From: Hormiphora californensis
Taxonomy: Eukaryota > Animalia > Ctenophora
Length of the DNA: 64,000 nucleotides
Assembly: GCA_020137815.1 (NCBI GenBank)
Contig: CM035355.1
Location: forward strand, 5,518,001-5,582,000
Reading direction: 5' to 3'
Made by a program: the position numbers and the translations under genes. Below are positions 50,490 to 64,000 of the stretch, piece by piece (positions within the stretch are counted from its first letter, which is position 1; each line of letters starts with the position of its first letter). Below the pieces are notes generated by a model. That model had not been told where the DNA came from and did not search any database. It saw nothing but the letters and a program-made list of their open reading frames with translations.

Positions 50490-51115
50490 GCCCCCTAGAT
50501 AAAGATTGGAAAGGTTAATTGATTCCAGGAAAGGGTGCAGCACCCATTTTCTCGGATGATCAAAATCGAAAATGATTTGTCCTGGTAAGGAGTTGGTCGT
50601 CATGTAAGCTCAGTAAAGCAGGGGCTACCGAGGTGAGAAGATTTTATCTTGGACAAACAAAATCTTGGAAAGAATATTGAGACAAGGCCCAAGGGACAGT
50701 GGAACGAGAGGGAGAGAGGAAAGGTGAGAGAAATTTTACTTCCCATTCCCGCTCTGAAAGACAAACAACAATGAATATCTCTCTTGAAATTCTCCCCCTC
50801 TCTCTCTAGTGCTGTCCCGATTCTCTCTCTCCCTCTCTCTCTCTAGTGCTGTCCCATTTCTTTTTCTCCCTCTCCCTCCCTCTCGGTGACTGTCTCCCCT
50901 TGGTACTCGAACTCCTAATATCTCTCTCATTCCACCTTCTCAAATGGTTGCTAGGGTCGATTAGAGAATCAGAGAGGGAGAGAGGGAAGGAATGAAACGC
51001 CACCTTTCTGGAACGTTCCAATGAACCTTACACACTCACATACGAACTCATGTACGTTGACTCTCTCACCCACTCATATTCTCTTCTCTCTAATTCCCCT
51101 TCTCACTCTCTCTCT

Positions 51116-51196
<81 letters not shown>

Positions 51197-51763
51197 CCTC
51201 CTCTCTTGCCTTCTCCCTCTTGTCCCTCCTCCTTGCCATCCACGTGTAAAGAGCATCCTACAACCTCCCGCAATTGCTGGTAGAGCAGAGGGGGTATATG
51301 TTTGTCTGTGTGTGTTCCTGTCTTGGAAACGTGTACGATGCACAAGTCCCTGCGATTGGTGAGAGCAGGGTATATTGCGTGGGTGTAGCTGCACGTTCGT
51401 TTTGTGAAACGGAGATAGTCTTTAGCTTGAGAATTGGTAGCCTTCATGGCTCACTCTCTATCTAGTCGTGAAATTATAAGTTTGAAAGTAACTGAAGCAA
51501 ACAAAGTTTTTGGTAGTCTTTTTTAAAAGGCGTTAGTACACAACCACAAAACAAGGACCAGTCCGACTTTAAAAAAAAGGAGACAAGTCCATCTTACTAA
51601 ACACTGACCTACTAGGACGTTAATCCAAGTGTGGGTGACATTCTCACGTACACTCTTTTACCATTCAGGTAAGTCAAATGAACACGACACTCGGTGTACA
51701 ACACGTACTAAATGAACAAGGATCGATCCAACCCCTACCCTAAATCCCCTTTTTTACCTTCCC

Positions 51764-51801
<38 letters not shown>

Positions 51802-52399
51802 GTGTCTTTTCGTCTCTCTCACTCTCTGTATAATATATGCATATAATATTCCTTAGGTTTGAATATTATATATATATATAGTATTTATGTATACGAGAGA
51901 GGCTGGCATGCGCTCAAGTATAAATTATGTAACATAATGAGTGTTCTGCATATATATATATATTATATATAAGAGCTGGTGTGCATATTTAACGCCCATA
52001 CTGCACAGAATAATATTCTTCTTGTGTTGTTGTGTGGCTTTGCGCTCTTACACTTGTGTTTAATAAAGATCAGTTCGTGGCTGTTTTTTTCAAGCGATTG
52101 AAATCATCTGAAGTTGCCGTAAGGTTAAATGTAGCGTACCAGCATTATCTCTACATCTCACGATCTCAAGTCTCATGTGTAAAAGACTGGCCACAACTCA
52201 CGTTCAATAATACACAGACAAACACATTCGTTCACTATAATCTCGTTCATTTTCATTCCTCATAGCCTTTACATCTCAGTCTTGTTGTGTTCTAACCCTC
52301 CTTTACAGAGAGAGAAGTAAAAGGTAGAGAGAGAGATAAGGAAGAGAAGACGAGAGAGGAGAGAGAAAAGAAGAGTATAAGAGAAAGAACCGGGGGGAA

Positions 52400-53050
52400 A
52401 GAGGAAGGGATAGGCCGCCCTCCGGGGTTTTTAAAAAACCCCCGGGGCAACCCCTTAAAAAAACCCCCTTTTTCCCCCCAATACGGGAGTAGAACGGGTC
52501 GGAAAGTCAAGGAAACCTTTTCTGTTAAACCATAAAGGGAGGGAAACCAAGGAAAGGGGGGGAAAAAAAACAGAAACACCAGGAGGGAGAGGGGGAAAAA
52601 AGAACCATAGAGGAGGAAAGATTAAAGGATAGAAACGAAAGGTGAACAACCGTGGGACCCACATTGAAGGGGAGGACAAAGGGTGACCAACTTACAGACT
52701 CGCGAGGGAGAAGGGAAAGGGGGAGGGAAAAGGGGAACACGAGAAAAGGAGGAAGAATAGGGAGGGACAAAAAAATGGGGGGAGTCGGTAAGAGGGAGGA
52801 ACAAAGAGCTGAGAGAGAGAAAAAAAAAAAATCCCAGGCAGACAAACCAACATCCTAAAATTTTAAAAAATGAGAATAAAAAATGGCATCATTCGTTTTT
52901 AAGGAAACCCTTTTTGGGGGGGTAAATAGCAATGAAGGCGAAAAAGGTATTCGGACGTTAATATTTTAATTTTAGGCAGCATAAACAGAACTCAGCGGCT
53001 CAGGTTAAAAAAGCTATGTGATTTGGATAGCCATTTTTTTCAGTCTAAAT
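52400..53050. other. Probable low-quality / gap-fill sequence
   Basis: Abrupt switch to short homopolymer-run sequence with no recognisable features. Confidence 0.55.
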
Positions 53051-54244
53051 CATTTTCTGTCTCAGGGACCATGCTTATCTTATTTCCCTTATTACTCTGT
53101 CTGCTGCTACTGGCCTAACCAATCCCAGAAGATACTTCATTGCCTTTGACGCTCTCTCTCTCCAATCTTCTCTCTTTATCTCTCTTTATCTCTCTCTCTC
53201 TCCCCTACCTCACTCCCCAATATCACTCTCTCTTTCTCTCTCCCACTCTTTCTCCCACTCCCCTCTCCCTCTCTTTCTCTCTCACTCTCCCCTCTCTTCC
53301 ACTCCTATCTCTATCTCACTCGGACTCCGAGGAGGGTCCATGTGTACCGACAGATTAGTTCATTACATCAGGATACAGCTTAGAAACATACACACTTGCA
53401 CTGACAGACCCCACACACTTGCACTGACAGACCCCACAGATACCAGGATAACTACAAACTCAAGCACTGACAGACCCCACAGACCAGGCAATTTTACAAC
53501 TCAAACATTAGGTGGTACAAATACAAATAATGTATTGCTTGACCATTCTTGAATCTTGATACAAATAGTATGTGCAAAACATAAATCCCTCTCTGACTGT
53601 TTCTCTCATTCTTTCACTCACTCTCTCACTCCTGCTGACAGACGAACGAACAGTACACATGAAAACCAGGCTCCACGTGCACAGTAAACACGTGTAGTAT
53701 ACCTTTCTTTCTCTATCTTCCTCCCTGCTTTATATCTCTCTACCTTCTTCTCTCTAATTCTCTCCATCTCTATCTCTCTCAATTGCTTTCTCCCCAGCCC
53801 ACCCACATGTCTCTTCCCTAATGGTACCCTTGTACCCCAATCCCACTCTCATCATGTCTCCCTACATCTTTAAAACATTCACTACCAATCCTTACCTCTC
53901 TCTTTCTCTCTGTCTCGACTCTCGTTGATCGTCCCTCATGGGTGGCTCGTTTCAAGCGAGGTGTCATGTATGACACCCGGGGTGAAGAGATTTTGAAGGA
54001 CGAAGAGAGATACGTGGAGAGAGTTGAGATAAGATGTTTTATATTGGGGAGGGATTTGGGGAGGTAGAAGGGCGATGATTTTATGGGGATATTAAAATCG
54101 AAGAAATAAGAACGGGAGAGAAACAAAACTAGAAGAGTAAAGTTTTAACGTGAAAAAGAAGGAGAGATAAAAATATCTTTGATAGCTCGGAGATAAAGAG
54201 CAGCTTATGGAGAGAGACAGGGAGATATGGATAAAGAGAGGAGA

Positions 54245-54327
<83 letters not shown>

Positions 54328-54793
54328 AGAGAGAGATGAGATGCATCTGTGATTGTAAGAGCGTGCTAACGATCAACGTTCCATTCAACCCTACTTTCTC
54401 TCCCAACGTAAAGAGCACGGAGAGAGAAAAGTTAAGACTTTGCTCTGTTATAACCGTACTTCTTATTTTCTTGACCTCTCTCTCTCTCATTCCTTTCTCT
54501 ATCTCTCTTCTTCACTTTACCTCTCTTATCCTCTCTACGTGGTTACCAGGACGACAGCTGAACTCTTTACCATCTTCCTCTCCCTCCTTTTCCATCTCTC
54601 TTTCTCTCTCTCCCTCTGTTTTAGACGCGCCCTCTTTCTGGGTTTTATGGTGGCATTAGTCTGTCTGTCAAGGGTTGTACTAGGGGAGAGAGAGGGAGGG
54701 AGAGAGGGAGGGAGGGAGAGTGAGAGAGAGATAGAGAGAGATAGAGAGTGAGAGAGAGGGAGAGAGAGTGAGAGAGAGAGAGAGATAGAGAGA

Positions 54794-54857
<64 letters not shown>

Positions 54858-54919
54858 ATGTCAAGTACACCAAGTTAAGAAACTGAAAACAAAATAAGTT
54901 ATTCCCGTACAACAATATT

Positions 54920-55210
54920 AATAAATTACCACTCCGTCAGATTAAAATCAAGTTAAATATTCTCAACACTTCTGTTATATTTAACCAGTTTATGGTTTAA
55001 CATTATAAAGGTTCAGATCATTATTAATGATAGGGGGCATTCCTTTTTCTAGGACATATAATAAATTACCACTCCGTCACGTCAGATTAAAATCAAGATT
55101 CGAGTTAAATATTCTGAGTACCTACTTCCGTTATATTTAACCAGTTGATGGTTTAATAGTATAAAGGTTCAGATCATGGGGGGGGGGGGGCATTTCTTTT
55201 TCTAGGACAT
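54920..55210. repeat. Diverged ~140-bp tandem duplication in the TEX10 3' region
   Basis: ataaattaccactccgtca..aaggttcagatcat..tctaggacata occurs twice, starting ~54921 and ~55061. Confidence 0.85.
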
Positions 55211-55255
55211 ATTGGATTTAAATAAAAGAAATCAGAGAGTAGAGGTAGACATCGT

Positions 55256-64000
<8,745 letters not shown>

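Noticed and set aside
50490-50603. N-terminal extension of the UBXN11 ORF from the ATG at 50603
   Set aside because: It contains a pyrimidine tract and AG just before the second ATG and resembles no UBXN11 sequence I recall; likely intron or outron.

Overview
Intron-rich animal genomic DNA with dense (GA/TC)n microsatellites, not prokaryotic. A ~110-bp interspersed element whose translation I recall from Pleurobrachia gene models suggests a cydippid ctenophore (inference). Six host genes can be built by hand from GT-AG exons. On + are an ANKRD63-like ankyrin gene (3625-11292) and PDXDC1 (13195-34737). On - are TEX10/Ipi1 (runs off the right edge to 55256), UBXN11, NSMCE4/Nse4, and an unusual 540-aa protein with a zipper-like coiled coil and a POU6-like POU-specific domain but no homeodomain. 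The introns hold nested mobile DNA: an 11.1-kb TSD-bounded APE-RT-RNase H non-LTR element (ORF split by a 360-bp TIR element, 5' half filled by 35-bp satellite), a 4.4-kb foldback palindrome containing a 716-bp 9-bp-TSD element with GCGAAGC hairpins, a poly-G-ended element with a 64-bp array, several MITEs and a truncated CR1/L2-type LINE. Four start codons sit 2-5 nt after a splice acceptor, and three - strand genes are ~660 bp apart, which suggests SL trans-splicing and a possible operon. Several +1 frameshifts in conserved genes and three garbled segments indicate assembly errors. All homology calls are from recalled motifs; no searches were run.
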